32,000 nucleotides of DNA from Candidatus Methanophagaceae archaeon (GCA_003194425.1 PQXB01000001.1:250444-282443), one strand, 5' to 3'. Positions 1 to 8,019 are shown, numbered from the stretch's first letter. Notes: generated by a model from the letters alone, not told the origin. Numbers and translations are program-made.

Positions 1-1
1 C

Positions 2-376
2 CGCGAACCAGAGCAGAGCGGAGAGAGGAACTGCTCTAAACCCGTTTGCCCCGTTTTCCGTTTCAATAAACTCGCAAATTTCTTCGGGGTCTGCCCACCC
101 GACTTCCTTCTTGTAGGGGGCGAACTTCTTTTCAAGCAGTTTTTCCACTCGCTTGGCGTGCTGGCTCGGCGTCCTGCAGACCTGCGCCAAATTCTGCTGC
201 ATTTCAAGTGCCGTTAAAAACTGCGTGCTGCTGCTACTGCTCCTGCTGCCACCGCCGTTGCTAAGTTTCAACTCTTTAAAGACACGCTTCAGTCCTGCTT
301 CGTCAAAGCTCAAGCCCAGGATTTTAGAGGACATAAAAGACGGGAACTCCCAAATCCTCTTTCTCTTTGCGTTCAT
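2..376 (-). CDS. hypothetical protein, N-terminal part (continues past the left edge of the window)
   Basis: Found by manual minus-strand translation. It is absent from the supplied track, presumably because it has no stop inside the window. ATG at 376-374 (second in-frame ATG at 334-332) gives MNAKRKRIWEFPSFMSSKILGLSFDEAGLKRVFKELKLSNGGGSRSSSSSTQFLTALEMQQNLAQVCRTPSQHAKRVEKLLEKKFAPYKKEVGWADPEEICEFIETENG..., open to position 2. Plus-strand track ORFs 153..410 and 367..606 are its shadows. No family recognised. Confidence 0.4.
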   Translation of the reverse strand, partial: MNAKRKRIWEFPSFMSSKILGLSFDEAGLKRVFKELKLSNGGGSRSSSSSTQFLTALEMQQNLAQVCRTPSQHAKRVEKLLEKKFAPYKKEVGWADPEEICEFIETENGANGFRAVPLSALLWFA

Positions 377-394
377 TTTCAGTAACCCCCCTAC

Positions 395-556
395 TTACGA
401 GGCTTGGTAAAGCTGGCAGCCCTCGAGGAACCACGAGCCTAACTCTTCTTTTATCCGCCCAATCCTTTCGTCCAAGCCGTCCAAGTCTTCCAACTCGTCC
501 AAGTCCTCGATCTTTCTCAACTCCTTCAACAATTTCGTTATTTCCATTTCGTTCAT
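395..556 (-). CDS. small acidic coiled-coil-like hypothetical protein (53 aa)
   Basis: Below the ORF-track size cut-off. Manual translation: MNEMEITKLLKELRKIEDLDELEDLDGLDERIGRIKEELGSWFLEGCQLYQAS*. The ATG at 556-554 is preceded by AAGGAGAG about 8 nt upstream, complementary to the 16S 3' end in this window. An AT-rich duplicated ACATATAAAA (599-608, 611-620) lies upstream as possible TATA elements. Confidence 0.45.
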   Translation of the reverse strand: MNEMEITKLLKELRKIEDLDELEDLDGLDERIGRIKEELGSWFLEGCQLYQAS

Positions 557-695
557 TCGCTTACTCTCCTTCTTTATTTGTTTTAGGTTTTCCTAAATAC
601 ATATAAAAACACATATAAAATAAGAAAATTAGGCACACAAATAGCAACCCCTAAAAATCTTTGGTCTGTTAAAGCAAGCCCAAATAAGTTCGGTT

Positions 696-1184
696 TTAGT
701 GAGAGAACCGAAGCCCTTTCCCTTTTTTTTCCCGCCGCCGCTCTCCAGGTTTGCAGGAATGCACCCCAGTCGCGCAGAAAATCTCAAAATGCTTCAGCCA
801 CTGTGGATAATCTGGCGCCGACTGCACAAACCTTACCAAATTCTTTATCTGCTCAATCGTCTTCGCTTCCAACTCGTGCTCAATTATGCAGGCGTCTTTG
901 TCCGCCGTCTCCTTCGGCACATTGATAATTTCCAGAAACGCCCTTATAATTTCGTGCCGGTCCCTCACAATTTCTGCTATTTCTTTTCCCTTTGGTGTTA
1001 AGGTAACGCCGTCGTACTTGCGATAAATAACGAGACTCTTGTCGTCCAGTTTCTTTGCCATTTCTACAGCGCTCGCAGGCGTAACGCTCAAAGCTCGTGC
1101 AATGTCCCTTATCCTCGCGTAGCCCTTCTGCTCCGAGATGTTCAGAATCGCCTCGAGGTAGTCCTCCGCTTTTCTTGTCAGCAT
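696..1184 (-). CDS. DtxR/MntR/IdeR-family metal-dependent transcriptional repressor
   Basis: 162-aa ORF. N-terminal winged-HTH signature (AEDYLEAILNISEQKGYARIRDIARALSVTPASAVEMAKKLDDKSLV) followed by the dimerisation/metal-binding helix region (LTPKGKEIAEIVRDRHEIIRAFLE...ACIIEHELE), as is typical of the family. Confidence 0.9.
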   Translation of the reverse strand: MLTRKAEDYLEAILNISEQKGYARIRDIARALSVTPASAVEMAKKLDDKSLVIYRKYDGVTLTPKGKEIAEIVRDRHEIIRAFLEIINVPKETADKDACIIEHELEAKTIEQIKNLVRFVQSAPDYPQWLKHFEIFCATGVHSCKPGERRREKKGKGLRFSH

Positions 1185-1185
1185 A

Positions 1186-1284
1186 CCTAATATTGTTAGG
1201 GTAGCCCTTATTTAAATTTTCAATTTGAACTTCAAAGATTGTTACCGCTTTGACTTAGAATTATTGTCGAAAACGACAATTATT
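1186..1284. promoter_or_regulatory. divergent promoter/operator region with three palindromes (candidate metalloregulator operators)
   Basis: (i) CCTAA-N5-TTAGG at 1186-1200, overlapping TTAGGGTAGCC at 1196-1206. The latter resembles the left half of the DtxR/IdeR consensus TTAGGTTAGCCTAACCTAA. (ii) TTTGAAcTTCAAA at 1224-1236. (iii) AATTATTGTCG-AAAA-CGACAATTATT at 1259-1284: 11-bp arms with one mismatch and a perfect 7-bp core, about 30-50 bp upstream of the ATG at 1313 in AT-rich TATA-like sequence. Confidence 0.35.
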
Positions 1285-1312
1285 TAAAGATAAATTTATT
1301 TTAAAATTAAAA

Positions 1313-4300
1313 ATGAAAAAAATAGGAAAATTATCGGTTGTTAGTGTTCTTTGCGCGTTTGTTTTTGTGAGTGTCCTGCTACTAACTGCAGCAGTGCCAG
1401 CGTCGGCAACTTCGTCGGCAACTTCGTCGGCAACTTACCCGACGCTTCAGTACGACGCACAGCGAACTGGGAACGTGGGCGGTGCTGCACCAGAAACCGC
1501 CTCTCTGCTGTGGCAGTCGGGCGAGAAGACCGCAGGCTGCGTGCAAGCAGGTCCGGTTGTCTTGGACGGCAGGGTCTTTTTCACTACTTGGTGGTCGGGA
1601 GGAATGGGAGTTGAGGGGAACGCCAGCGACGCTCTCTACTGCCTCGACGAGGAGACGGGTGAGGAGGTTTGGAACAACACCGCAGTCTTCGGCGCTTCTA
1701 CTGCGGCGGTCGCAGCGGCAGAAGGGAAGTTGTTTGTGGGCACGCACCGCGGGAATTTCACTTGCGTTGACACCACGAGTGGCGAGATTTTGTGGAGCAG
1801 GCGGGTAGAAGAGAACCCGTCGTGGTACGGAGTTGGATCTTCTCCGCTCGTCTTTGACGGGACGGTCTTTGTGCTAACCTTCTCGGACGGCACGCTGCAC
1901 GCCTTCTCTTTCGAGGGTGCAGAACTCTGGAACTTCTCCACAGGTGAGGAAATATTTAAGTACGCGTCGCCCTCCGCTTACGAGGACAAAATCTTCTTCG
2001 CAGGCAACTCCACAGCGGCCGCGGGGCAGCACGGACGGCACGCCTTGTACTGCCTTAACTTGAGCACGCACGAGGAGGAGTGGAATTTCACGACTGACAC
2101 AGAGGTCCGGGGGACGCCTACGATTTGGAGCGAAGGAGGGGAAGGCGGGCTGGTCTTCTTTACCACGAAATATGTCTTTGGAAAGGAGTACGGGATTTAC
2201 GCGCTTAACGCAACCACAGGCGAGGAGGTTTGGTACAAAAAACACAAATCCAGCTGGGCTTCGCCTGCGGTGAGCAACGGACGGCTCTACATCGGCGGTT
2301 CTTCTGTCGACACCACTTTCTACTGCTACGACGCGAGGGACGGCACGCTAATTTGGGAGAACGAGGAAATGGGCGGAGCGGTAGATTCGTCGCCTGTGGT
2401 CGCCGACGGCAAGGTCTATTTTGGCGAGAGCAAGGTCAACGGAACGGTCTACTGTTTAGACGCTGAGAACGGTTCGGTGCTTTGGAACTACACTCTCTAC
2501 ATTCCGCCGGGCTTCGGTGGAGGCTTCAACTCGGCTTCGCCCCCCGCGGTTGCAGACGGCACACTCTTTGTCGGGGTAGACAACGTGGGCGTTCTCGCGT
2601 TCCGAGACCCTCTCCTCCCAGACCCACTCTTTTGGGAAGGCGAGGTGACGCTAACCGAGAACGCAACGACCACAGTTACCGCGCACGACAGCGGTGCGAG
2701 CTACGAAATTAACCAAACGACCGCACTCGGAGCGCTCGCCGCAGCGGCAGCCGCAGGCGGGTTCAACTACACCGTGAGCGACAAGTGGTACGCGAGCTGG
2801 GGTTCACTGCTCGTGGATTCGATCGCGGGAAAGTGGAACGACCCGGTCACTTGGGACGGCTGGCTGTACTGGGTGAACTACCCGGACGACCCGATGCCTG
2901 GGGTTGGTCCGAACAAATACGAAGTGGAAGACGGCGACCTCGTGACCTTTTACTACGGTGGAATGAGCGCGACGCCCGAGAACACCCCGATGCTACTGCG
3001 GATTCGTGTTCGTGTCACCGGTGCGAGCGTAGTTCAATGGAACAGCGTGACCAAAGACGACGCCACTAATTTTTCAGTGGAAGTCGGGTTAGACGAGAGC
3101 GAGGAGGTGGAGTTCCGCGTCTCCTCGGACTCTGGCGCAGGCACGGCTTACGAGTGGTCGTGGTCAGTGAACGGAGCGGAGACAAAAAAATCTGAAGGAG
3201 AAAGCACAAATTTATCGTTTGTCTTTGAAGAATACGGCATTTACAATGTCAGCGTCGTGGGAGTAGGAGTAGGTGAGGCAGAAAATGAAACTGTGTCTGC
3301 GACTTGGAATGTCTCGATCTGGCTGGTAGTAGGAGAAGAGAACGACGCTTGTGAACTGGAGGGGCTTGAGGAGTACCAGCTGCGGTTTTTAAAGCGACCC
3401 GAGCGGCTGGTTTCGATGGCGCCGAGTTGCACCGAGATTTTATTCGCGGTGGGTGCAGGCGAGAGCGTTGTCGGCGTTACCGAGTTCTGCGACTACCCGC
3501 CAGAAGTGAAAGAGAAGAAGGAGAGCGGGGAGATTGCAGTAATCGGGGGGTATTCAACTCCGAATTTTGAGAAAATCGTGGATTTGGAGCCGGATTTGGT
3601 CGTTGGTGCTCACGGCAACCCTGCTGGTGTGATTTATTACCTGCTGGAGTCGGAATATCCGGTTTACGCGATGCATCCAAAAAGCATTGACGAGATTTTT
3701 GCACACATAAAAGTCGCAGGCGCGGTAACGAGCTGCGATGAAAACGCGTCTTCGCTCTTGGAAAATTTGAGTGAGCGGCTGGAGACTGTGAAGGAGAAGA
3801 CGGAGCTGTTAGAAGAGGAGCAGAAGCCGAGAGTGTTTTACAACATCGGCGACTTCTTTACCGCGGGCAAGGAGACATTTGCAGACGAGATAATTGAAAT
3901 CGCAGGCGGCAAAAACATCGCGGCTGCAGACGGCAAGACAGGATATTTTATAATGAGCCTTGAGGAGCTCATTGAAAAGAATCCGCAGGTAATCCTCTGC
4001 GACAGCGGAATGGGCGAGATGAGTTTTGCGTACGAGCAAATAATGAACGACGAGCGGCTGAAGAATGTGAGTGCTGTGAAGAATAATCGGGTTTATGTAA
4101 TCGACGGAGATATAATATCAAGACCAGGTCCGAGGGTGGTAGACGGGGTGGAAGCGGTTCATCAGAATTTCAGTGATTTTTTCGCCGCTAACACCCAAGA
4201 GTGCGAACTGAAAATTTCCACCGACAAACTCAACTACAGCCCCAACGAGACGATGAATGTCGCTCTACGCATCTCAAACCCAACTAACAGCACGCTAACA

Positions 4301-4624
4301 TTCAACTGGTTTGCAGGGATTCCGCAGTTCGAGTTCTGGACGCACCTTTACTCAACGCCGATTTCCCCAGGCTTTAACCAGTCTCTCAATACGACACTAC
4401 AAGTGGGCGACTGGGGTGCGACGCCTTTCGGTCTCGTGTTTTACGTGGACTTGCAGGAGCCAGAGACACTTCAGCCGCTAACCGCGGATGTTTGGTGGTG
4501 CCTGTATTCGCCTGGCGAGGCAGGAGTAGGAGAAGGAGTGCCAGAAAGCATAGAAAATATCGGAGATTTCGTTCTCTTGAATGTTTTACATAAAACTTCA
4601 CATCACCAAAAACCTCTCTCGTGA
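1313..4624 (+). CDS. secreted multidomain surface protein: PQQ-like beta-propeller + DUF4430-like + PKD-like + periplasmic binding protein (BtuF/FhuD/FecB type) + conserved C-terminal beta-sandwich; 3' end appears disrupted
   Basis: - Signal peptide: MKKIGKLSVVSVLCAFVFVSVLLLTAAVPASA.
- Repeated beta-propeller blades of the type G.lyalda.tGe.lW (about 1450-2600).
- DUF4430-type motif WDGWLYWVNYPDD...YEVEDGDLVTFYYG (about 2650-2980).
- PBP core RLVSMAPSCTEILFAVGAG...VVGVTEFCDYP...PDLVV...VYVIDGDIISRPGPRVVDG (about 3400-4170).
- C-terminal domain ISTDKLNYSPNETM...VGDWGATPF (about 4200-4510), shared with the products of 20965..26514 and 26511..28064.
- The last 15-20 codons (from about 4555-4570 to the stop at 4622-4624) read through the reverse complement of the LAGLIDADG ORF, so they are probably not native. 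Confidence 0.85.
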   Translation: MKKIGKLSVVSVLCAFVFVSVLLLTAAVPASATSSATSSATYPTLQYDAQRTGNVGGAAPETASLLWQSGEKTAGCVQAGPVVLDGRVFFTTWWSGGMGVEGNASDALYCLDEETGEEVWNNTAVFGASTAAVAAAEGKLFVGTHRGNFTCVDTTSGEILWSRRVEENPSWYGVGSSPLVFDGTVFVLTFSDGTLHAFSFEGAELWNFSTGEEIFKYASPSAYEDKIFFAGNSTAAAGQHGRHALYCLNLSTHEEEWNFTTDTEVRGTPTIWSEGGEGGLVFFTTKYVFGKEYGIYALNATTGEEVWYKKHKSSWASPAVSNGRLYIGGSSVDTTFYCYDARDGTLIWENEEMGGAVDSSPVVADGKVYFGESKVNGTVYCLDAENGSVLWNYTLYIPPGFGGGFNSASPPAVADGTLFVGVDNVGVLAFRDPLLPDPLFWEGEVTLTENATTTVTAHDSGASYEINQTTALGALAAAAAAGGFNYTVSDKWYASWGSLLVDSIAGKWNDPVTWDGWLYWVNYPDDPMPGVGPNKYEVEDGDLVTFYYGGMSATPENTPMLLRIRVRVTGASVVQWNSVTKDDATNFSVEVGLDESEEVEFRVSSDSGAGTAYEWSWSVNGAETKKSEGESTNLSFVFEEYGIYNVSVVGVGVGEAENETVSATWNVSIWLVVGEENDACELEGLEEYQLRFLKRPERLVSMAPSCTEILFAVGAGESVVGVTEFCDYPPEVKEKKESGEIAVIGGYSTPNFEKIVDLEPDLVVGAHGNPAGVIYYLLESEYPVYAMHPKSIDEIFAHIKVAGAVTSCDENASSLLENLSERLETVKEKTELLEEEQKPRVFYNIGDFFTAGKETFADEIIEIAGGKNIAAADGKTGYFIMSLEELIEKNPQVILCDSGMGEMSFAYEQIMNDERLKNVSAVKNNRVYVIDGDIISRPGPRVVDGVEAVHQNFSDFFAANTQECELKISTDKLNYSPNETMNVALRISNPTNSTLTFNWFAGIPQFEFWTHLYSTPISPGFNQSLNTTLQVGDWGATPFGLVFYVDLQEPETLQPLTADVWWCLYSPGEAGVGEGVPESIENIGDFVLLNVLHKTSHHQKPLS
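1403..1437 (+). repeat. 12-bp tandem repeat (about 2.9 copies, TCGGCAACTTCG) just after the signal peptide, encoding TSSATSSAT
   Basis: Direct reading: tcggcaacttcg tcggcaacttcg tcggcaactta. Confidence 0.8.
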
Positions 4625-5033
4625 GAGATTGAAACCTCTCCGCCAATTTTTGTGAATGCGTTGTGTAGTGAACTCTCCATCTCGCATCTATTCCACCATC
4701 AAAAAGCAAATGACCAAAAAATTCCATAAGGTCTCCATTTATAGAAATCCTCATTTTTGGATTCCTTATTTCATCACTCGCCTTTTCTGTTTTGATGAGT
4801 TGGATGCCAGATTCGAGTTCCAACCCAACATCGTTGCAAATATTGTTCAACACTTTTAGCGGATAATTGTTCTTCGCTTCTTTCCATTTGTACAGTTGTC
4901 GTTGTGAGAGGTTGAACTGTTTAGCGACATTTTTTACAGTGCCATATTTCACTAACAGCTGTCTCCACAATTTTTCTCTTAATCTCTCAGTAGGCATTGC
5001 ATAAATCCCGTCCATCTGAATTTGCACCTTCAT
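4554..5033 (-). pseudogene. truncated LAGLIDADG homing endonuclease (HTH N-terminus plus first LAGLIDADG motif only)
   Basis: Track ORF 4386..5033. The first roughly 160 aa look genuine: an HTH-like GTVKNVAKQFNLSQRQLYKWK, then the LAGLIDADG-type motif LMEFFGHLLFDGGI and beta-strand-like VFGDVKFYVKHSRERN. No second motif follows. The remaining 55 aa (4386-4553) are low-complexity read-through on the antisense of the surface-protein gene. An SD-like GAAGGTG lies upstream of the ATG at 5033. The ORF sits directly after the last recognisable 23S sequence and on the same strand as the rRNA. Confidence 0.6.
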
Positions 5034-5465
5034 TTTACACCTTCGTTTCTGTCCTTTGTTTTTATTAAAATGCTACCGCTTGGATTTCTGACCCACCTGA
5101 GTCAACCTTAGGGCGCCCTCGATATTTTTTCAAGGGCATGGCGCCCCACCTGAACAGCCCACCTACCGGTGTTCTCTCGCGTCAAGCAAGAGTAAGGGTC
5201 ACAACTTCGGAAGGGTAGTGTTCCATTGGCGGCTCTGTGCCTCCTGGCGAAGGCACTTCACTGCCTCCTACCTACGCTCTACATCCGAAGTCGTAGCTCA
5301 ACGGCAGACTGCTGTAAAACTCCACGGGGTCTTCGCTTCCCCTTGGGGGTCCCCGGTCTTTTCGCCGGGACGATGATTTCGCCGGTTTCCAGCTAGGGAC
5401 AGTGGAAGGCTCATTCCTTCTTTCGTGCAAGCCGCCAATTAAGCGGCTAGGTACTACGCTACCTT

Positions 5466-5630
5466 TCTCCCCTCCTCCGCTGCTGAGTGCCTTACTTCTG
5501 CTTAGCTTGCCTTAAATTCGCTTAGCTTTGCTTCTGCTTGGCTATTTTATAGGAGGTAAAAAAGCAATGAAAAACGAAAAGAAAAAGGGTTCTTTTCTCA
5601 AATTCGTGCTTAGTAGCAGAAGAGGAGGTT
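5466..5630 (-). other. 23S rRNA mini-intron (about 165 nt) in the CTTAAG|GTAGCG block of domain IV
   Basis: The conserved sequence gctacctt (5458-5465) continues as aagagggtcagagttaccc only at 5631. The insert is closed by an inverted repeat, cctcctccgctgct (5471-5484) against agcagaagaggagg (5615-5628). That fits a splicing helix of the archaeal bulge-helix-bulge kind. The boundary is ambiguous by 2 nt because of a tt repeat. Confidence 0.7.
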
Positions 5631-6173
5631 AAGAGGGTCAGAGTTACCCCCGCCGTTTATAGGTCCTTCAACCCCTTGAAAAGGGCTTTCAGATACCTAC
5701 ACTGGGCAGGAGTCAGTGACCGTACTAACCCTTACGGGCTTGCGGTCACCTGTGTTGTTATTAGACAGTTAGCCTTCCCTTGTCACTGCGACCTGCCTCT
5801 CGCAAGGCAGGCACTCCTTCTCCCGAAGTTACAGAGCGATTTTGCCGATTTCCCTTAGCTGGATTTCCCCGACACGCCTGAGCCTTCTCAGCTAGGGGCA
5901 CCTGTGTCGGTTCTCGGTACGAACGACCAGCCGCCTTTTTCACGGGCTCCTGGGCTTGACTGACTTCCTTGCGGAAGCCTTAACACATTCGCCCGCTTCT
6001 CGCCGTTACGGCTCTCCACGGGCTTCGGTGCTTGGACAGTGCGATGACACTGCTCAATCTACCCAGAAGCGTCAGGTGTCCTGTCCTCGCGGACGGACGT
6101 AGGCTGGACGGCGCAGGAATATTAACCTGCTTCCCATTTGATGTGCTCCAGTTGGGACACATCTTAGGATCGG

Positions 6174-6204
<31 letters not shown>

Positions 6205-7450
6205 AACCTAGCCCCTTCGGCGGTCGGGATTCTCACCCGACTTTGCTGCTACTATCGCCAGGATTCTCGTTTCTGCCCGGTCCACACCTTCTCACGAAGA
6301 TGCTTCCGCCCAAGCAGAACGCCCCTCTACCGGATCTCCCGCCTTAAGCAGGAGCCCTGGGGTCTCGGTGGTCGGCTTGAGTCCCTTCCATTTTCGATGC
6401 TACAGACCTCGGCTGGTGAGCTATTACGCTTTCCTTAGAGGGTAGCTGCTTCTAAGCTAACCTCCCAGCTGTTTGTGGTCTGCAACGCTCTTTAGTGTTA
6501 ACACTTAGCCGACACTTGGGGACCTTAACCTCAGTCTGGGTTATTTCCCTCGCGGACTGGGAGCTTACCCCCCAGCCCGGACTCCGACCTTCTACAACGA
6601 TGGCGCCTTCGGAGTTTGACAGGAGGGCGAGGTCTTTCGACCCCGGGTCCTCCAATCGGTAGCTCTACAACGTCATCAATCTCCAGTCGGGTCATACTTT
6701 GGTATGTTTCGAGGGGAACCAGCTATCGCCGGGTTTGATTGGCCTTTTACCACTAAACGCAGGTCATCCGAGAGATTTGCAAGTCATCACCGGTTCGGCC
6801 CTCCATCCTCCTTTCGGAGAACTTCAGCCTGCCCACGCTTAGATCACCCGGCTTCGGGTCATATTCCAATGACTCCACGCAGTTCGTACGTCGTTCCTCT
6901 CCCTACCTTCCTTTCGAAAAGATGCGGATGCGAACTTGTTGGTTACCCTGCGGCTCCCCTTTTTCAGGTTAGCCTCGCCACTGAAATATACTCCCTGGCC
7001 CGTTCTCCAGAACGTACGATGCGACCCTGTTCCAGAACCCTCGTACTCACCCCTCGCGGGATTTTCCTTCGGACCCCTTCGTCACTTTCAAGCCGCATCA
7101 CTCTATCACCATTTAATTTCAGGCTCTTTTCACCTCCTTATTTGGGGTACTTTTCAGCTTTCCCTCACGGTACTATTCCGCTATCGGTCTCAAGACGTGT
7201 TTAGTTTTGGAGGTTGGTAGCCCCCAGATTCCCGCAGGAAATTCAACCTACGGTACTCAAGTAAAGAGTCAAGCCCTCTGCCTTACGCCTACGAGGTTTT
7301 CACTCTCTTTGGCGCCGCGTTCCAGCGGACTTCGGCTTCAACAGGTCGGGCTTACACGACCCCCACTTACAACACCACATCTCCCTTCCCTTTCGAGAGG
7401 GATTCGGTTTGAACTCCGCCGTTTTCACTCGCCGTTACTCACGGCATCTC

Positions 7451-7559
7451 AAACCCCTTTCTTAAAACATTTTCTTAAAAAAAAAATCTTTACCAAAAGA
7501 ACCAAAAGATTCTTTCCGTAAAGGCTTTCTTCTAAAGAAAGGCTTTTAAGAAAGGGTTT
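7451..7559 (-). other. 109-nt AT-rich structured insertion in 23S domain I (intron or expansion segment)
   Basis: The conserved AAGAGAAATCAAT|GAGATGCCGTGAGTAACGGCGAGTGAA (E. coli equivalent AAAGAAATCAACCGAGAT...) is interrupted. The insert is closed by a 16-bp inverted repeat with a 1-nt bulge, aaacccctttcttaaaa (7451-7467) against ttttaagaaagggttt (7544-7559). It contains inner hairpins at 7525-7541 (ctttctt cta aagaaag) and aatcttt/aaagatt. Confidence 0.5.
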
Positions 7560-7946
7560 ATTGATTTCTCTTCCTGCTCCTACTAAGATGTTTCAATTCA
7601 GAGCGTTCCCAATCCCACTACTAACGCAGCAGGACCGACCCCGAAGGGTCAAGAGTTCCCATTAGGGCATCCTCGGTTCAAAGGCTCCTTGTACCTACCC
7701 GAGGCTTCTCGCAACTTGGCACGCCCCTCTTCAGCGCTTGAGCCGAGCCATTCATTAAATGGCATAAATACCAGCATTTCACCTCTCCCAAGCTCATTAA
7801 ATGTCAGAGTTGCAAAGTGCGTGTGACGACTTCACCTGGCAGAACGAGACAGTGCAACCTTAACTCACTGCACTGCCCTCTGCCATCAGTCCTTCGCTGA
7901 ACGACAACCCGTGTCGTCAGGTGCATTTTTTCCTTTCCACCAAGAG

Positions 7947-8019
7947 TGGACTCGCTGGGATTTGAACCCAGGGCCTTCGCCTCGCAAAGGCGACGATCTT
8001 CCAACTGATCTACGAGCCC
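7947..8019 (-). tRNA. tRNA-Ala (UGC) in the 16S-23S spacer
   Basis: RC reads GGGCTCGTAGATCAGTTGGAAGATCGTCGCCTTTGCGAGGCGAAGGCCCTGGGTTCAAATCCCAGCGAGTCCA. It is a 73-nt cloverleaf with the G3:U70 identity pair, anticodon TGC and T-loop TTCAAAT. No CCA is encoded. Confidence 0.92.

Noticed and set aside
153-606. Plus-strand track ORFs 153..410 and 367..606
   Set aside because: They are Leu/Pro/Ser-rich shadows of the two minus-strand ORFs (2-376 and 395-556). Those minus-strand ORFs have better starts, an SD and protein-like composition.
4386-4553. C-terminal 55 aa of the 215-aa track ORF 4386..5033
   Set aside because: The sequence LCFLALLLLLLPRQANTGTTKHPRLAAEV... is the antisense of the well-supported C-terminal domain of the 1313..4624 gene. 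It is treated as read-through beyond a truncation point, not as part of the endonuclease.
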